Source of the DNA: Methylobacteriaceae bacterium
Lineage (GTDB): Bacteria; Pseudomonadota; Alphaproteobacteria; Rhizobiales; Beijerinckiaceae
Direction: 5' to 3'
Length of the DNA: 64,000 bases
NCBI GenBank assembly: GCA_947444195.1
Contig: CANEZL010000007.1
Coordinates: 4,235 to 68,234 of the forward strand
Below are positions 20,588 through 30,737 of the stretch, one piece after another; position 1 is the first letter of the stretch, and each line of letters begins with the position of its first letter. The notes beneath the pieces are model-generated. The model had not been told where the DNA came from, ran no database searches, and was given only the letters and a program-made list of their open reading frames with translations. Position numbers and translations under genes: made by a program.

Positions 20588-21937
20588 ATGACCACGGATA
20601 CCCGCCACGCCGCCCGCAACACGCCCACCGTCACCGAGCTGAAGGTCGTGCCGGTCGCCGGCCACGACAGCATGCTCCTGAACCTCTCGGGCGCGCACGG
20701 CCCGTTCTTCACCCGCAACCTCGTGATCCTCACCGATTCCACCGGCGCCACCGGCCTCGGCGAGGTCCCCGGCGGCGAGGGCATCCGCAGGACGCTGGAG
20801 GATGCCCGCGACCTCGTGGTCGGCCAGCCCATCGGCGCCTGGAACGCGGTGCTCAACACCATGCGCACCCGCTTCGCCGACCGGGATGCGGGCGGGCGCG
20901 GCCTCCAGACCTTCGACCTGCGCATCACCATCCACGCGGTGACCGCGATCGAGTCCGCCTTCCTCGACCTGCTCGGCCAGTATCTCGACGTGCCGGTGGC
21001 CGCGCTCCTCGGCGAGGGCCAGCAGCGCGACGCCGTCGAGATGCTGGGCTACCTGTTCTACGTGGGCGACCGCACCAGGACCGATCTCAATTACCGCGCG
21101 CCCACCGCCCGCGACGGCTGGTTCCGCCTGCGCGACGAGGAGGCGCTGACGCCGGAGACCGTGGCCCGCCTCGCGGAGGCGGCCTACGACCGTTACGGCT
21201 TCAACGACTTCAAGCTGAAGGGCGGCGTGCTGGCGGGCGAGGCGGAGATCGCCGCCGTCACCGCGATCCACGAGCGCTTCCCCAAGGCCCGCGTGACGCT
21301 CGACCCGAACGGCGCCTGGTCGCTCGCCGAGGCGATCCGCCTGTGCAAGGGGCGCGGTGACGTGCTCGCCTATGCGGAGGATCCGTGCGGGGCCGAGCAG
21401 GGCTTCTCCGGCCGCGAGATCATGGCGGAGTTCCGGCGCGCGACGGGCCTGCCCACCGCCACCAACATGATCGCCACCGACTGGCGTCAGATGAACCACG
21501 CGATCCAGCTCGGCGCCGTCGACATCCCGCTGGCCGACCCGCATTTCTGGACGCTGGCCGGCTCGGTGCGCGTGGCCCAGCTCTGCCGCGACCACGGCCT
21601 CACCTGGGGCTCGCACTCGAACAACCACTTCGACGTGTCGCTCGCCATGTTCACCCACGTGGCGGCGGCGGCTCCCGGCAACGTCACGGCCATCGACACC
21701 CACTGGATCTGGCAGGACGGCGAGCGCCTGACCAAGGAGCCGCTCCAGATCCGCGGCGGCCTCGTGCGGGTGCCGGAGCGGCCGGGCCTCGGGATCGAGC
21801 TCGACTGGTCGGCCGTGGAAGAGGCGCACGCCCTCTACCGCGATCACGGCCTCGGCGCCCGCGACGACGCGGCGGCGATGCAGTACCTGATCCCCGGCTG
21901 GACCTTCGACAACAAGAAGCCCTGCCTCGTGCGCTGA
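20588..21937 (+). CDS. gudD: Glucarate dehydratase (enolase superfamily)
   Basis: [76 protein letters not shown]. Confidence 0.93.
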   Translation: MTTDTRHAARNTPTVTELKVVPVAGHDSMLLNLSGAHGPFFTRNLVILTDSTGATGLGEVPGGEGIRRTLEDARDLVVGQPIGAWNAVLNTMRTRFADRDAGGRGLQTFDLRITIHAVTAIESAFLDLLGQYLDVPVAALLGEGQQRDAVEMLGYLFYVGDRTRTDLNYRAPTARDGWFRLRDEEALTPETVARLAEAAYDRYGFNDFKLKGGVLAGEAEIAAVTAIHERFPKARVTLDPNGAWSLAEAIRLCKGRGDVLAYAEDPCGAEQGFSGREIMAEFRRATGLPTATNMIATDWRQMNHAIQLGAVDIPLADPHFWTLAGSVRVAQLCRDHGLTWGSHSNNHFDVSLAMFTHVAAAAPGNVTAIDTHWIWQDGERLTKEPLQIRGGLVRVPERPGLGIELDWSAVEEAHALYRDHGLGARDDAAAMQYLIPGWTFDNKKPCLVR

Positions 21938-21951
21938 GGCGGGGTGCGCGC

Positions 21952-22022
21952 CTCGGACCACCTCGGTGGTCCGAGAGGCTCCTGTCCCCTCGCCCTCGCG
22001 GGGAGGGGTTCGGGGTGGGGGT
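21952..22022 (+). repeat. Hairpin plus REP-like element, copy 2, after gudD
   Basis: CTCGGACCAC-CTCG-GTGGTCCGAG perfect stem, then CCCCTCGCCCTCGCGGGGAGGGGTTCGGGGTGGGGGT. Confidence 0.55.
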
Positions 22023-22136
22023 GGTGCAGACGGCACCGAGGCGATCGACCGGAAACGGTATCAGACCAACGGTCCGACGGACGCGGAGCTGAGCGCCGGT
22101 CCCGAAGACCCAGCAATTCCCGAACCGGAGACGAGC

Positions 22137-23708
22137 ATGACCTTGAGCAGCGACAACCTGATCGGCGGCGCGCGGATCCCCGGCGGCGGCGCGCCCTGGC
22201 GCGGGGTGGAGGCGGCCACCGGCGCCGCCCTGGAGCCCGCCTTCGCCAGCGCGACCTCCGAGATGGTGGATCAGGCCTGCCGCCTCGCGGCGGAGGCCTT
22301 CGACAGCTACCGCGAGATGGCGCTGTCCGCCCGCGCCGACTTCCTGGAGCGGATCGCGCACAACATCCTCGATCTCGGCGACGACCTCGTCGTCCGCTGC
22401 ATGAGCGAGACCGGCCTGCCGCGCCCCCGCATCGAGGGCGAGCGCGGGCGCACGGTGGGGCAACTGCGCATGTTCGCGGAGGTAGTGCGCGCCGGCGCCT
22501 TCCTCGGCGCGCGGGTCGATCCCGCCCAGCCGGAGCGCAAGCCCCTGCCGCGGCCGGACCTGCGCCTCCGCCAGGTCGCGGTGGGGCCCGTCGTGGTCTT
22601 CGGCGCCTCGAACTTCCCGCTCGCCTTCTCGGTGGCCGGCGGCGACACCGCCTCGGCGCTCGCCGCCGGCTGCCCGGTCATCGTCAAGGCGCATCCGGCC
22701 CATCCCGGCACCTCGGCCCTCGTCGGCGCCGCGATCGCTGACGCGGTCGCCGCCTGCGGCCTGCCCGCGGGCACCTTCGCGCTCCTGTTCGATTCGGGGT
22801 TGGCTGTCGGCCAGCAGCTCGCCGCCGATCCGCGGGTGGCGGCCATCGGCTTCACCGGCTCGCGCCGGGGCGGCACCGCGCTGATGCGCATCGCCGCCGA
22901 GCGCGCGGTGCCGGTGCCGGTCTACGCCGAGATGAGCAGCATCAACCCCGTCGTGCTGTTCCCGGAGGCGCTCGCGGCGCGCGGGGCCGAGATCGGGCGC
23001 GCCTTCGTCGCCTCGCTGACGCTGGGCTCCGGCCAGTTCTGCACCAATCCCGGCCTCGTCCTCGCCGTGGACGGGCCGGGCCTCGACGCCTTCGTGGAGG
23101 CAGCCGCCGCCGCGCTTCCCGAGGTGGCCGCCGCCACCATGCTGACACCGGGCATTCACCAGGCCTATTGCACGGGCGTCGCCGCCCTCACGGAGAACGC
23201 GGCGGTGACGGTGCTGGCGCGGGGCAAGGCCGGGGGCACCAACCAGGGCCAGCCGATCCTGTTCGGCACCACGGGCGCGGCCTTCCTGGCCGACCACGCG
23301 CTGGCCGAGGAGGTCTTCGGCGCCACCTCCCTCGTCGTGCGCTGCCGGGACGAGGCCGAGCTGCGCGCGGTGCTGGAGGGGCTGGAAGGCCAGCTCACCG
23401 CCGCCCTCCACATGGATGCGGGCGACCACGGGGCGGCGCGCGCCCTGCTGCCCCTTCTCGAGCGCCGGGTCGGGCGCATCCTCGTCAACGGCTTCGGCAC
23501 CGGCGTCGAGGTGGGCCACGCCATGGTCCATGGCGGTCCCTACCCGGCGACCTCGGACGGGCGCACCACTTCGGTCGGCAGCCTCGCCATCGACCGCTTC
23601 CTGCGGCCGGTCTCCTACCAAGACCTGCCCGACGCCCTGCTGCCGGACGCCCTGAAGGAGGCCAACCCCCTGGGTCTTCCGCGCCGGGTCGACGGCAAGC
23701 CGGCCTGA
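22137..23708 (+). CDS. NADP+-dependent aldehyde dehydrogenase (alpha-ketoglutaric semialdehyde dehydrogenase type)
   Basis: [67 protein letters not shown]; completes glucarate to 2-oxoglutarate. Confidence 0.92.
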   Translation: MTLSSDNLIGGARIPGGGAPWRGVEAATGAALEPAFASATSEMVDQACRLAAEAFDSYREMALSARADFLERIAHNILDLGDDLVVRCMSETGLPRPRIEGERGRTVGQLRMFAEVVRAGAFLGARVDPAQPERKPLPRPDLRLRQVAVGPVVVFGASNFPLAFSVAGGDTASALAAGCPVIVKAHPAHPGTSALVGAAIADAVAACGLPAGTFALLFDSGLAVGQQLAADPRVAAIGFTGSRRGGTALMRIAAERAVPVPVYAEMSSINPVVLFPEALAARGAEIGRAFVASLTLGSGQFCTNPGLVLAVDGPGLDAFVEAAAAALPEVAAATMLTPGIHQAYCTGVAALTENAAVTVLARGKAGGTNQGQPILFGTTGAAFLADHALAEEVFGATSLVVRCRDEAELRAVLEGLEGQLTAALHMDAGDHGAARALLPLLERRVGRILVNGFGTGVEVGHAMVHGGPYPATSDGRTTSVGSLAIDRFLRPVSYQDLPDALLPDALKEANPLGLPRRVDGKPA

Positions 23709-23733
23709 GGCCGGTCCCCGCGCGCCGATCCTG

Positions 23734-23762
23734 TTGCCTCGCGGGGCGGGGACGGGCTAGGC
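23734..23762 (+). promoter_or_regulatory. Putative sigma70 promoter of tRNA-Leu
   Basis: TTGCCT-N16/17-(G)CTAGGC just upstream of the tRNA. Confidence 0.4.
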
Positions 23763-23774
23763 ACGCGGGGCGCG

Positions 23775-23859
23775 GCCCGCGTGCTGAAACTGGTAGCCGG
23801 ACCGGACTTAAAATCCGGGGCCTTCGGGCGTGGGGGTTCGAGTCCCCCCGCGGGCACCA
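23775..23859 (+). tRNA. tRNA-Leu(UAA), class II
   Basis: Acceptor stem GCCCGCG/CGCGGGC-A-CCA; anticodon arm CCGGA-CTTAAAA-TCCGG; variable arm GCC-TTCG-GGC; T arm GGGGG-TTCGAGT-CCCCC. Confidence 0.93.
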
Positions 23860-23870
23860 CGCGGCTCCGA

Positions 23871-23970
23871 AGCATCGTCCCGAAAGGTGGATGCCGAATT
23901 TCGGGAAAGACGATGCACGAACGATGGAGCATCGTTCCGGCAGGTGGATGCCGGCCTTCGGGAAGGACGA
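23871..23970. repeat. Two tandem copies of the ~46-bp hairpin repeat downstream of tRNA-Leu
   Basis: AGCATCGTCCCGAAAGGTGGATGCCGAATTTCGGGAAAGACGATGC (23871-23916) and a degenerate copy (23928-23970). Confidence 0.75.
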
Positions 23971-23983
23971 GAGCCGGCGGAAT

Positions 23984-25165
23984 TCAGGCGCCGTCCGGGG
24001 TCCAGCCGTAGAGCCAGTCGTAGCGTCGGCGCATGCCCTCGGGGCCGAGGCGGCCCATCACGAGGTTGCGGGCATAGGCGGTGAGCGCACCCGCATGGTA
24101 GGTGCGGCCGTTGGAGCGGGCCGCCCGCTGGACGCGCCGCACCCGTCCGGCCCGGATCTCGGCGTAGCGGCCGAGCGCGTCCGGCACCGGGGCGGTCCCC
24201 AGGCAGCCGGTCAGGACGGCCGCGTCCTCGATCGCGAGCGCCGCCCCTTGGGCGAGATAGGGCAGGACGGGATGGCCCGCATCGCCCAGGAGCGCCACCC
24301 GGCCGCGGGCGAGTGGCCGCGCCGCGGGCCGCTCGGCCAGTGTCCAGACCAGCCACGAATCGGGCAGGGCGAGCAGGTCGCGCAGGGGGCCGGCGGCGTC
24401 CCGGAAATGGGCGCGCAGCACGGCGGGCTCGCCGAGGCGGCCCCAATCCTCGTCGCCCTGGCGCTCGGGAACGATCGCGACGATGTTGAGATCGCGCCCG
24501 CTGCGGATCGGGTAGTGCACCACGTGCCGGTTGCGGCCGAGCCAGAGCCCCGTCTGGAGGCCGGAGACGGCCTCCGGCACGCTCTCGCGGGGCACGATGG
24601 CCCGCCACGCCGCGGCGCGCCCGGAGCGCAGGGGGGCGTCGTCGAGATGGGCGCGCAGGCGCGAGCGCAGGCCGTCCGCCCCCACCGCCAGATCGGCCCG
24701 CAGGGTCTCCTCGCGGCTCTCCCCCGCGCAGACGAGGCGCACGCCCGCGTCCGCCTCGGCGAGGCCGGTGACGTCCCGCCCGACGAGGAGGCGGATGTTC
24801 GGGCGGCTGCGCACCGCGTCGAGCAGCACGGTCTGCAGGTCGGCCCGGTGGATGACGTAGTAGGGTGCCCCGTAGCGGTCCCGCGCGGCGGGCCCGAGGG
24901 CGACGGCACCGATGGCGCGGCCGGTCGCGAGGTCGCGCACCGCGACGCCCGGCGGCTCGCTCGCCGCCCGTCGCAAGGGAGCCGAGAGGCCGAGGCCCGC
25001 CAGGATCCGGCTCGCGTTCGGGGAGAGCTGGAGGCCGGCGCCGACCTCGCTGAAGCCGGTGCGCCGCTCCAGGAGCGTGATCCTGTGCCCCGCATCGTGC
25101 AGGGCGAGGGCCGCCGTCAGGCCGCCGATGCCGGCGCCGACGACCGCGATGTCGAGACCGGCCAC
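23984..25165 (-). CDS. FAD-dependent monooxygenase (salicylate hydroxylase-like group A)
   Basis: IAVVGAGIGGL, EVGAGLQLSPNA, IHRADL, GADGLRS, LLGDAGHPVLPYLAQGAALAIEDA. Confidence 0.9.
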   Translation of the reverse strand: MAGLDIAVVGAGIGGLTAALALHDAGHRITLLERRTGFSEVGAGLQLSPNASRILAGLGLSAPLRRAASEPPGVAVRDLATGRAIGAVALGPAARDRYGAPYYVIHRADLQTVLLDAVRSRPNIRLLVGRDVTGLAEADAGVRLVCAGESREETLRADLAVGADGLRSRLRAHLDDAPLRSGRAAAWRAIVPRESVPEAVSGLQTGLWLGRNRHVVHYPIRSGRDLNIVAIVPERQGDEDWGRLGEPAVLRAHFRDAAGPLRDLLALPDSWLVWTLAERPAARPLARGRVALLGDAGHPVLPYLAQGAALAIEDAAVLTGCLGTAPVPDALGRYAEIRAGRVRRVQRAARSNGRTYHAGALTAYARNLVMGRLGPEGMRRRYDWLYGWTPDGA

Positions 25166-25182
25166 CGCCGGGGCGGGCCCGC

Positions 25183-25440
25183 CTAGGCGGCCGCGGCCGG
25201 GGCGTGGTCCTCCCACAGGCAGGCGGCGGGATCGGATTCCGTCGCCTTCAGCCCGGGCTTGTGGCGGTAGAGCGTCGAGCAGTACTGGCAGATGATCTCG
25301 TCGTCCGCGCCCATGTCGAGGAAGACGTGCGGGTGGTCGAAGGGCGGGCGCGCGCCGATGCACATGAACTCGCGCGCACCCACATGGATGACCGACACGC
25401 CCAGGTCGTTGTGGAAGTGCGGAACCGCCTTGTCAGCCAT
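25183..25440 (-). CDS. Zinc-finger (zf-CHCC) domain protein
   Basis: FMCIG..PPFDHPHVFLDMG..DEIICQYCSTLY. Confidence 0.88.
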   Translation of the reverse strand: MADKAVPHFHNDLGVSVIHVGAREFMCIGARPPFDHPHVFLDMGADDEIICQYCSTLYRHKPGLKATESDPAACLWEDHAPAAAA

Positions 25441-25602
25441 CCTGCCGTCCTGCCTCTCGCGGGGGCGCCCGCGCCGGTGAGGCGGGGAGCCGGGTCCTGC
25501 GGGCGCTCGCCGAGGCCCGTCCGTGGCCCGCTTATGCCGCCGCCCACGCCACCGGCGCAAGCCTCGCCGCTGTCATCGCGGCCCGATCCCTCACGCGCGG
25601 CT

Positions 25603-25640
25603 TGCGCGCGATCTGCGCGCGATCTGCGCGCGACCTGCGC
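25603..25640. repeat. Tandem 11-bp repeat (TGCGCGCGATC) x3.5 in a divergent promoter
   Basis: Read directly from the sequence. Confidence 0.7.
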
Positions 25641-25700
25641 TTGGCGCGCCGGGCGCGGCACCGTACAACGGGCCATACCGACCTCCAGCCCCGCCCGTTC

Positions 25701-26522
25701 ATGACCCAGCAAGACCAAGCCGGCGCGCGCCGCGCACCCGAGGCGCCGATCCACGGGCCCGAGGGCTTCGAGGGCATGCGCCGGGCCGGGCGCCTCACCG
25801 CGGAGGCCCTCGACCTCCTGATGGAGGCCACCCAACCCGGCGTGACCACCGAGGCCCTCGACAGGCTCGCCTACGAGTTCGCCATGGACAACGGCGCCTA
25901 TCCGGCCTCGTTGCTCTATCGCGGCTATCCGAAGTCGATCTGCACCTCGATCAACCACGTGGTCTGCCACGGCATCCCCAACGACAAGCCGCTGCGCGAG
26001 GGCGACATCGTCAACCTCGACATCTGCCTGATCCTCGACGGCTGGCACGGTGATTCGAGCCGGATGGCCTATGTGGGCGAGGTGCCGCGCAAGGCCGCCC
26101 GCCTCTGCGAGATCACCTACGAGGCGCTGATGCGGGGCGTGGCCGCGGTGAGGCCCGGCGGCTCCACCAACGATATCGGCCGGGCGATCCAGACCTTCGC
26201 CGAGGCCGAGCGCTGCTCCGTGGTGCGGGATTTCTGCGGCCACGGCCTCGGCCGCATCTATCACGACGCGCCGACCATCCTGCACTACGTCGAGGCGAGC
26301 TACGACGTGCCGCTGCGGCCGGGACAGTTCTTCACCATCGAGCCGATGATCAATCTCGGCCGGCCCGCGGTGAAGGTGCTCTCCGACGGCTGGACCGCCG
26401 TGACCCGCGACCGCTCGCTCTCCGCCCAGTTCGAGCACACGGTGGGCGTCACAGAGACCGGCGTCGAGATCTTCACGGTCTCGCCGAAGGGGATGCACCA
26501 GCCCGTCGATATCGGCGCCTGA
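25701..26522 (+). CDS. map: Type I methionine aminopeptidase
   Basis: [50 protein letters not shown]. Confidence 0.96.
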   Translation: MTQQDQAGARRAPEAPIHGPEGFEGMRRAGRLTAEALDLLMEATQPGVTTEALDRLAYEFAMDNGAYPASLLYRGYPKSICTSINHVVCHGIPNDKPLREGDIVNLDICLILDGWHGDSSRMAYVGEVPRKAARLCEITYEALMRGVAAVRPGGSTNDIGRAIQTFAEAERCSVVRDFCGHGLGRIYHDAPTILHYVEASYDVPLRPGQFFTIEPMINLGRPAVKVLSDGWTAVTRDRSLSAQFEHTVGVTETGVEIFTVSPKGMHQPVDIGA

Positions 26523-26524
26523 GC

Positions 26525-27280
26525 GTGGCCCGCCGGCGTCCCGCCTCCGATCCGGAGGGCGCTCCCGCGGAGGGCACCCTTGCGGAAGGGCCGCCCGCGC
26601 CGGCGGAGGCGCCGCACTATCTCGGGCACCGGGACCGCCTGCGCGCCCGCTTCGCGCAAGTCGGCCCCGACGCGCTGCCCGATTACGAGCTGCTCGAGCT
26701 CGCCCTGTTCCGGGCGATTCCCCGGCGGGACGTGAAGCCCCTGGCCAAGGCCCTGATCCGCCGCTTCGGCAGCTTCGCCGAGGTCATCAGCGCCGAGCCC
26801 GCGCGTCTCGCCGAGGTGGAGGGCGTCAGCGCGGGCGTGGTCGCCGACCTGAAGCTCATGGAGGCCGCCGGCCGCCGCCTCGCCCGCGGCGCCATCACGG
26901 AGCGCCCGCTCCTCACCGCGTGGCCGGCGGTGCTCGAATATTGCCGGGCCACCATGGCCTTCGCCGCGCGCGAGGAGTTCCGCATCCTCTTCCTCGACAA
27001 GCGCAACCACCTGATCGCCGACGAGGTCCAGGGCCGCGGCACCGTCGACCACACCCCCGTCTATCCCCGCGAGGTCGCGCGGCGGGCGCTGGAACTCTCG
27101 GCCACGGCGATCATCCTCGTCCACAACCACCCGTCCGGCGATCCCGCGCCCTCGGCCGCCGACCTGCGCATGACGCGGGAGGTGATCGGCGTGCTCGATC
27201 CCCTCGGCATCGTGGTGCACGACCACCTGATCCTCGGGCGCGCGGGCCATGCGAGCCTCAAAGGTCTGAAGATGATCTGA
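26525..27280 (+). CDS. radC: RadC-family JAB-domain protein
   Basis: [50 protein letters not shown]. Confidence 0.93.
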   Translation: MARRRPASDPEGAPAEGTLAEGPPAPAEAPHYLGHRDRLRARFAQVGPDALPDYELLELALFRAIPRRDVKPLAKALIRRFGSFAEVISAEPARLAEVEGVSAGVVADLKLMEAAGRRLARGAITERPLLTAWPAVLEYCRATMAFAAREEFRILFLDKRNHLIADEVQGRGTVDHTPVYPREVARRALELSATAIILVHNHPSGDPAPSAADLRMTREVIGVLDPLGIVVHDHLILGRAGHASLKGLKMI

Positions 27281-27366
27281 GGCTTGTCGCGCGGATCGCC
27301 CTATATGGCGGCGGGTACGGCTTGGCATGGCGCGTCTCTTGCCTCTAGCCTGCCGTAACGGGGGGC

Positions 27367-28806
27367 ATGTGGATGGCGGGCGTGGCGTTCGACGAGATGA
27401 CCGGCAGGGGCGGTCCCGCGGCGGCGGATATCCGCGAAGCCTACGGCCAGCTGAAATCCTGGCTCGACGCGACGCCCACCGAGCATTTCAACACCCGCCG
27501 CAGCCAGGCGGAACTGCTGTTCCGGCGCATCGGCATCACCTTCGCGGTCTACGGCGACAACGAATCCACCGAGCGCCTCATCCCCTTCGACATCATCCCG
27601 CGGGTGATCACCAAGCCCGAGTGGAGCTTCCTGGAGCGGGGCCTGAAGCAGCGGGTGACCGCGATCAACGCCTTCCTCAAGGACGTCTACGGCCCGCAGG
27701 AATGCATCAAGGCCGGCATCATCCCCGCCGACCTCGTCTACCGGAACGCCCATTACCGCATGGAGATGCGGGGCTTCCGGGTGCCGCACGACCTCTACGT
27801 CCACATCGCCGGCATCGACATCGTCCGCACCGGCGAGAACGACTTCTTCGTGCTGGAGGACAATGCCCGCATCCCGTCCGGCGTGTCCTACATGCTGGAG
27901 AACCGGGAGGTGATGCTGCGCCTCTTCCCGGACCTGTTCTCCCGCCACCGGGTCGCGCCGGTGGAGAACTATCCCGACGCGCTGCTGGCGACGCTGCGCA
28001 GCCTCGCCCCGGCCACCGCCACGCGCGATCCCACCTGCGTGCTGCTGACGCCGGGCCGCTACAACTCGGCCTTCTACGAGCACTCGTTCCTGGCGGACAA
28101 GCTCGGCGTGGAACTGGTGGAGGCCACCGACCTCTTCACCAAGGACGACGTGGTCTACATGCGCACCACGGAGGGGCCGCGGCGCGTCGACGTGATCTAC
28201 CGCCGCCTCGACGACGACTTCCTCGATCCCCTGGTCTTCCGCCCCGATTCGGTGCTGGGCGTGCCGGGGCTGATGAACGCCTACGAGCGCGGCACCGTCA
28301 CCCTCGCCAACGCGGTGGGCACGGGGGTCGCCGACGACAAGGCGGTCTACAGCTACATGCCGGAGATCGTGCGCTTCTTCACCGGCGAGGAGCCGATCCT
28401 GCACAACGTGCCGACCTATCGCTGCCGCGAGAAGGACGCCTTCGCCTACGTGATGGACAACCTGAAGGACCTCGTGGTGAAGGAGGTCAACGGCTCGGGC
28501 GGCTACGGCATGCTGGTCGGCCCGCACGCGACCAAGCGCGAGATCGAGGAGTTCGGCCGGCGCCTGCGGCACGCGCCGGACGGCTTCATCGCCCAGCCGA
28601 CCCTGTCGCTCTCCACCTGCCCGACCTTCGTGGCCTCGGGCGTGGCGCCCCGCCACGTGGACCTGCGCCCCTTCGTGCTCTGCGGCGCGGACGAGATCCG
28701 CATCGTGCCGGGCGGCCTCACCCGCGTCGCCCTGAAGGAGGGCTCCCTCGTGGTGAATTCGAGCCAGGGCGGCGGCACCAAGGACACCTGGGTGCTCGAC
28801 GCCTGA
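27367..28806 (+). CDS. Circularly permuted type 2 ATP-grasp protein
   Basis: GITFAVYG...ERLIPFDIIPR, VLEDNARIPSGVSY, DVIYRRLDDDFLDP, GVADDKAVY, VVKEVNGSGGYGM, GLTRVAL..GSLVVNSSQGGGTKDTWV. Confidence 0.92.
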   Translation: MWMAGVAFDEMTGRGGPAAADIREAYGQLKSWLDATPTEHFNTRRSQAELLFRRIGITFAVYGDNESTERLIPFDIIPRVITKPEWSFLERGLKQRVTAINAFLKDVYGPQECIKAGIIPADLVYRNAHYRMEMRGFRVPHDLYVHIAGIDIVRTGENDFFVLEDNARIPSGVSYMLENREVMLRLFPDLFSRHRVAPVENYPDALLATLRSLAPATATRDPTCVLLTPGRYNSAFYEHSFLADKLGVELVEATDLFTKDDVVYMRTTEGPRRVDVIYRRLDDDFLDPLVFRPDSVLGVPGLMNAYERGTVTLANAVGTGVADDKAVYSYMPEIVRFFTGEEPILHNVPTYRCREKDAFAYVMDNLKDLVVKEVNGSGGYGMLVGPHATKREIEEFGRRLRHAPDGFIAQPTLSLSTCPTFVASGVAPRHVDLRPFVLCGADEIRIVPGGLTRVALKEGSLVVNSSQGGGTKDTWVLDA

Positions 28807-28873
28807 CGCCGGCGCGCGCCCTTCCTCCCACGCGGTCCCGCCCTCGGGCCGGGACATACCCAGCGAAGACATC

Positions 28874-29818
28874 ATGCTGTCCAGGACCGCCGACAACCTC
28901 TACTGGCTCTCGCGCTACGTCGAGCGCGCCGAGTTCGTGGCGCGCATCCTCGACGCCGCGCACCGCCTCGCCTCGCTCCCCACGAGCTACGGGGGCGGCG
29001 AGACCAACGAGTGGGCCTCGGCCCTCGCCTCCGCGGGCGATCCGGAGACGTTCAGGCTGCACTACGACGGGGTGAACAGCCACACGGTCTGCGACTTCCT
29101 CGCCTTCAGCCCCAAGAACCCGTCCTCGATCCGCACCTGCATCGAGACCGCGCGCGAGAACGCCCGCAGCGTGCGCACGGCGCTCACCACGGAGATGTGG
29201 GACACGATCAACGGCGCCTGGCTCGAACTGCGCGCCTACGAGGGCCGCGACCTGACGCGCGACGAGTTCTCGCGCTTCCTCGACTGGGTGAAGGGCATCT
29301 CGCTCACCTTCGACGGCTCGGCCTACCGCACGATGCTCAGGAACGACGCCTACTGGTTCACCCGGCTGGGCACCGCGATCGAGCGCGCCGACAACACCGC
29401 CCGCATCCTCGACGTGAAGTACAAGATCCTGCTGCCGGCGAGCGAGAAGGTCGGCGGCAGCCTGGACTACTTCCAGTGGACCACGATCCTGCGCGAGGTC
29501 TCGGCCTTCAACGCCTATCACTGGGTCTACCGGGAGAGCATCAAGCCGCTGCTGGTGGCCGACCTCTTGATCCTCAACCGGCAGATGCCGCGCTCCTTCG
29601 CGAGCTGCTACGGCATGCTCGTGGAGCATCTCGACCTCGTCGCCGACGCCTACGGACGGCGGGGACCGAGCCAGCGGCTCGCCAGCAACATGCTGGCGCG
29701 GCTCGAGGGCGAGGACATCGACCGCATCTTCGCCGCCGGCCTCCACGAGTTCGTGACCGCCTTCATCGGCGAGAACAACCGGGTGGGGGCGGCGATCGCC
29801 GAGCAATATCTGGTCTGA
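28874..29818 (+). CDS. Alpha-E domain-containing protein (DUF403)
   Basis: MLSRTADNLYWLSRYVERAE and IERADNTARILDVK (ER motifs), PRSF. Confidence 0.92.
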   Translation: MLSRTADNLYWLSRYVERAEFVARILDAAHRLASLPTSYGGGETNEWASALASAGDPETFRLHYDGVNSHTVCDFLAFSPKNPSSIRTCIETARENARSVRTALTTEMWDTINGAWLELRAYEGRDLTRDEFSRFLDWVKGISLTFDGSAYRTMLRNDAYWFTRLGTAIERADNTARILDVKYKILLPASEKVGGSLDYFQWTTILREVSAFNAYHWVYRESIKPLLVADLLILNRQMPRSFASCYGMLVEHLDLVADAYGRRGPSQRLASNMLARLEGEDIDRIFAAGLHEFVTAFIGENNRVGAAIAEQYLV

Positions 29819-29845
29819 CCGGGCGGCGAGGGGATAGACACGCGC

Positions 29846-30673
29846 ATGCGCATCTCCGTGGTCCACGAGACCCTCTACACCTACGAGCAGCCGGCCCGCG
29901 GCCTGATCCAGGTCCTGCGCCTGACCCCGCGCGACCACGACGGGCAGTATGTCCGGCGCTGGCGGATCGACACCTCCGTGGACGGCCGCCTCACCGAGCG
30001 CGAGGACGGGTTCGGCAACGTCGTGCACTGGTTCACGCCCGACGAGCCCGCCGACGCCCTGACCATCCGCGTCGCCGGCGAGGTCGACACCTTCGAGACC
30101 CACGGCATCGTGCGCGGCGCCGTCGAGCGCCTGCCCGACCTGTTCTACCTGCGCGAGAGCGAGTTCTGCGTCGCGGATACCGGCATCCAGGGCTTCGCCG
30201 AGGCGGTGGCGGCGGCGGGCGAACCCAGCACGCTGCCCCTGCTGCACCGCCTCCTCAGCGCCGTGCACGAGAAGGTCGCCTTCGTGCGCGGCCCGGCGAG
30301 CCAGGCGGTGCCGGCCGCCCGCGCCTTCGAGGCGGAGACCGGCAACTGCCAGGACGTCGCCCACGTCTTCATCGCCGCCGCCCGCCATCTCCAGATCCCG
30401 GCCCGCTACGTCTCCGGCTACCGCGGGCGCGACGACGAGGCGGAGGGGAGCGAGACCCCGCACGGCTGGGCCGAGGCCCTGGTGCCCGATCTCGGCTGGG
30501 TGGCCTTCGATCCCGCCCACGGCACCGGCACCTCGGAGGCCTATATCCGGGTCGCCGCCGGGCTGGACTATCTCGGCGCCGCGCCCATCCGCGGCAGCCG
30601 CACGGGCGGGGGCACCGAGACCCTGGACGTGCGCCTCAAGGTGGAGCAAGCCCAGGCCGCCAGGCAATCCTGA
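29846..30673 (+). CDS. Transglutaminase-like protein
   Basis: Catalytic triad GNCQDVAH / HGWAE / WVAFDP; ARYVSGY. Confidence 0.92.
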   Translation: MRISVVHETLYTYEQPARGLIQVLRLTPRDHDGQYVRRWRIDTSVDGRLTEREDGFGNVVHWFTPDEPADALTIRVAGEVDTFETHGIVRGAVERLPDLFYLRESEFCVADTGIQGFAEAVAAAGEPSTLPLLHRLLSAVHEKVAFVRGPASQAVPAARAFEAETGNCQDVAHVFIAAARHLQIPARYVSGYRGRDDEAEGSETPHGWAEALVPDLGWVAFDPAHGTGTSEAYIRVAAGLDYLGAAPIRGSRTGGGTETLDVRLKVEQAQAARQS

Positions 30674-30737
30674 CCGGGACCTGATTCCAGCGATCTTGAG
30701 CCCGCCGCCCCGCCGCGCGGGCGGGGGCGATTCTTCG

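Noticed and set aside
23775-23990. Genomic island integrated at tRNA-Leu
   Set aside because: No integrase, no duplicated tRNA 3' end and no GC shift downstream.
26525-27280. RadC JAB domain as the de-conjugating peptidase of the neighbouring ATP-grasp/Anbu system
   Set aside because: map-radC is a common independent alphaproteobacterial pair, so adjacency alone is not evidence.
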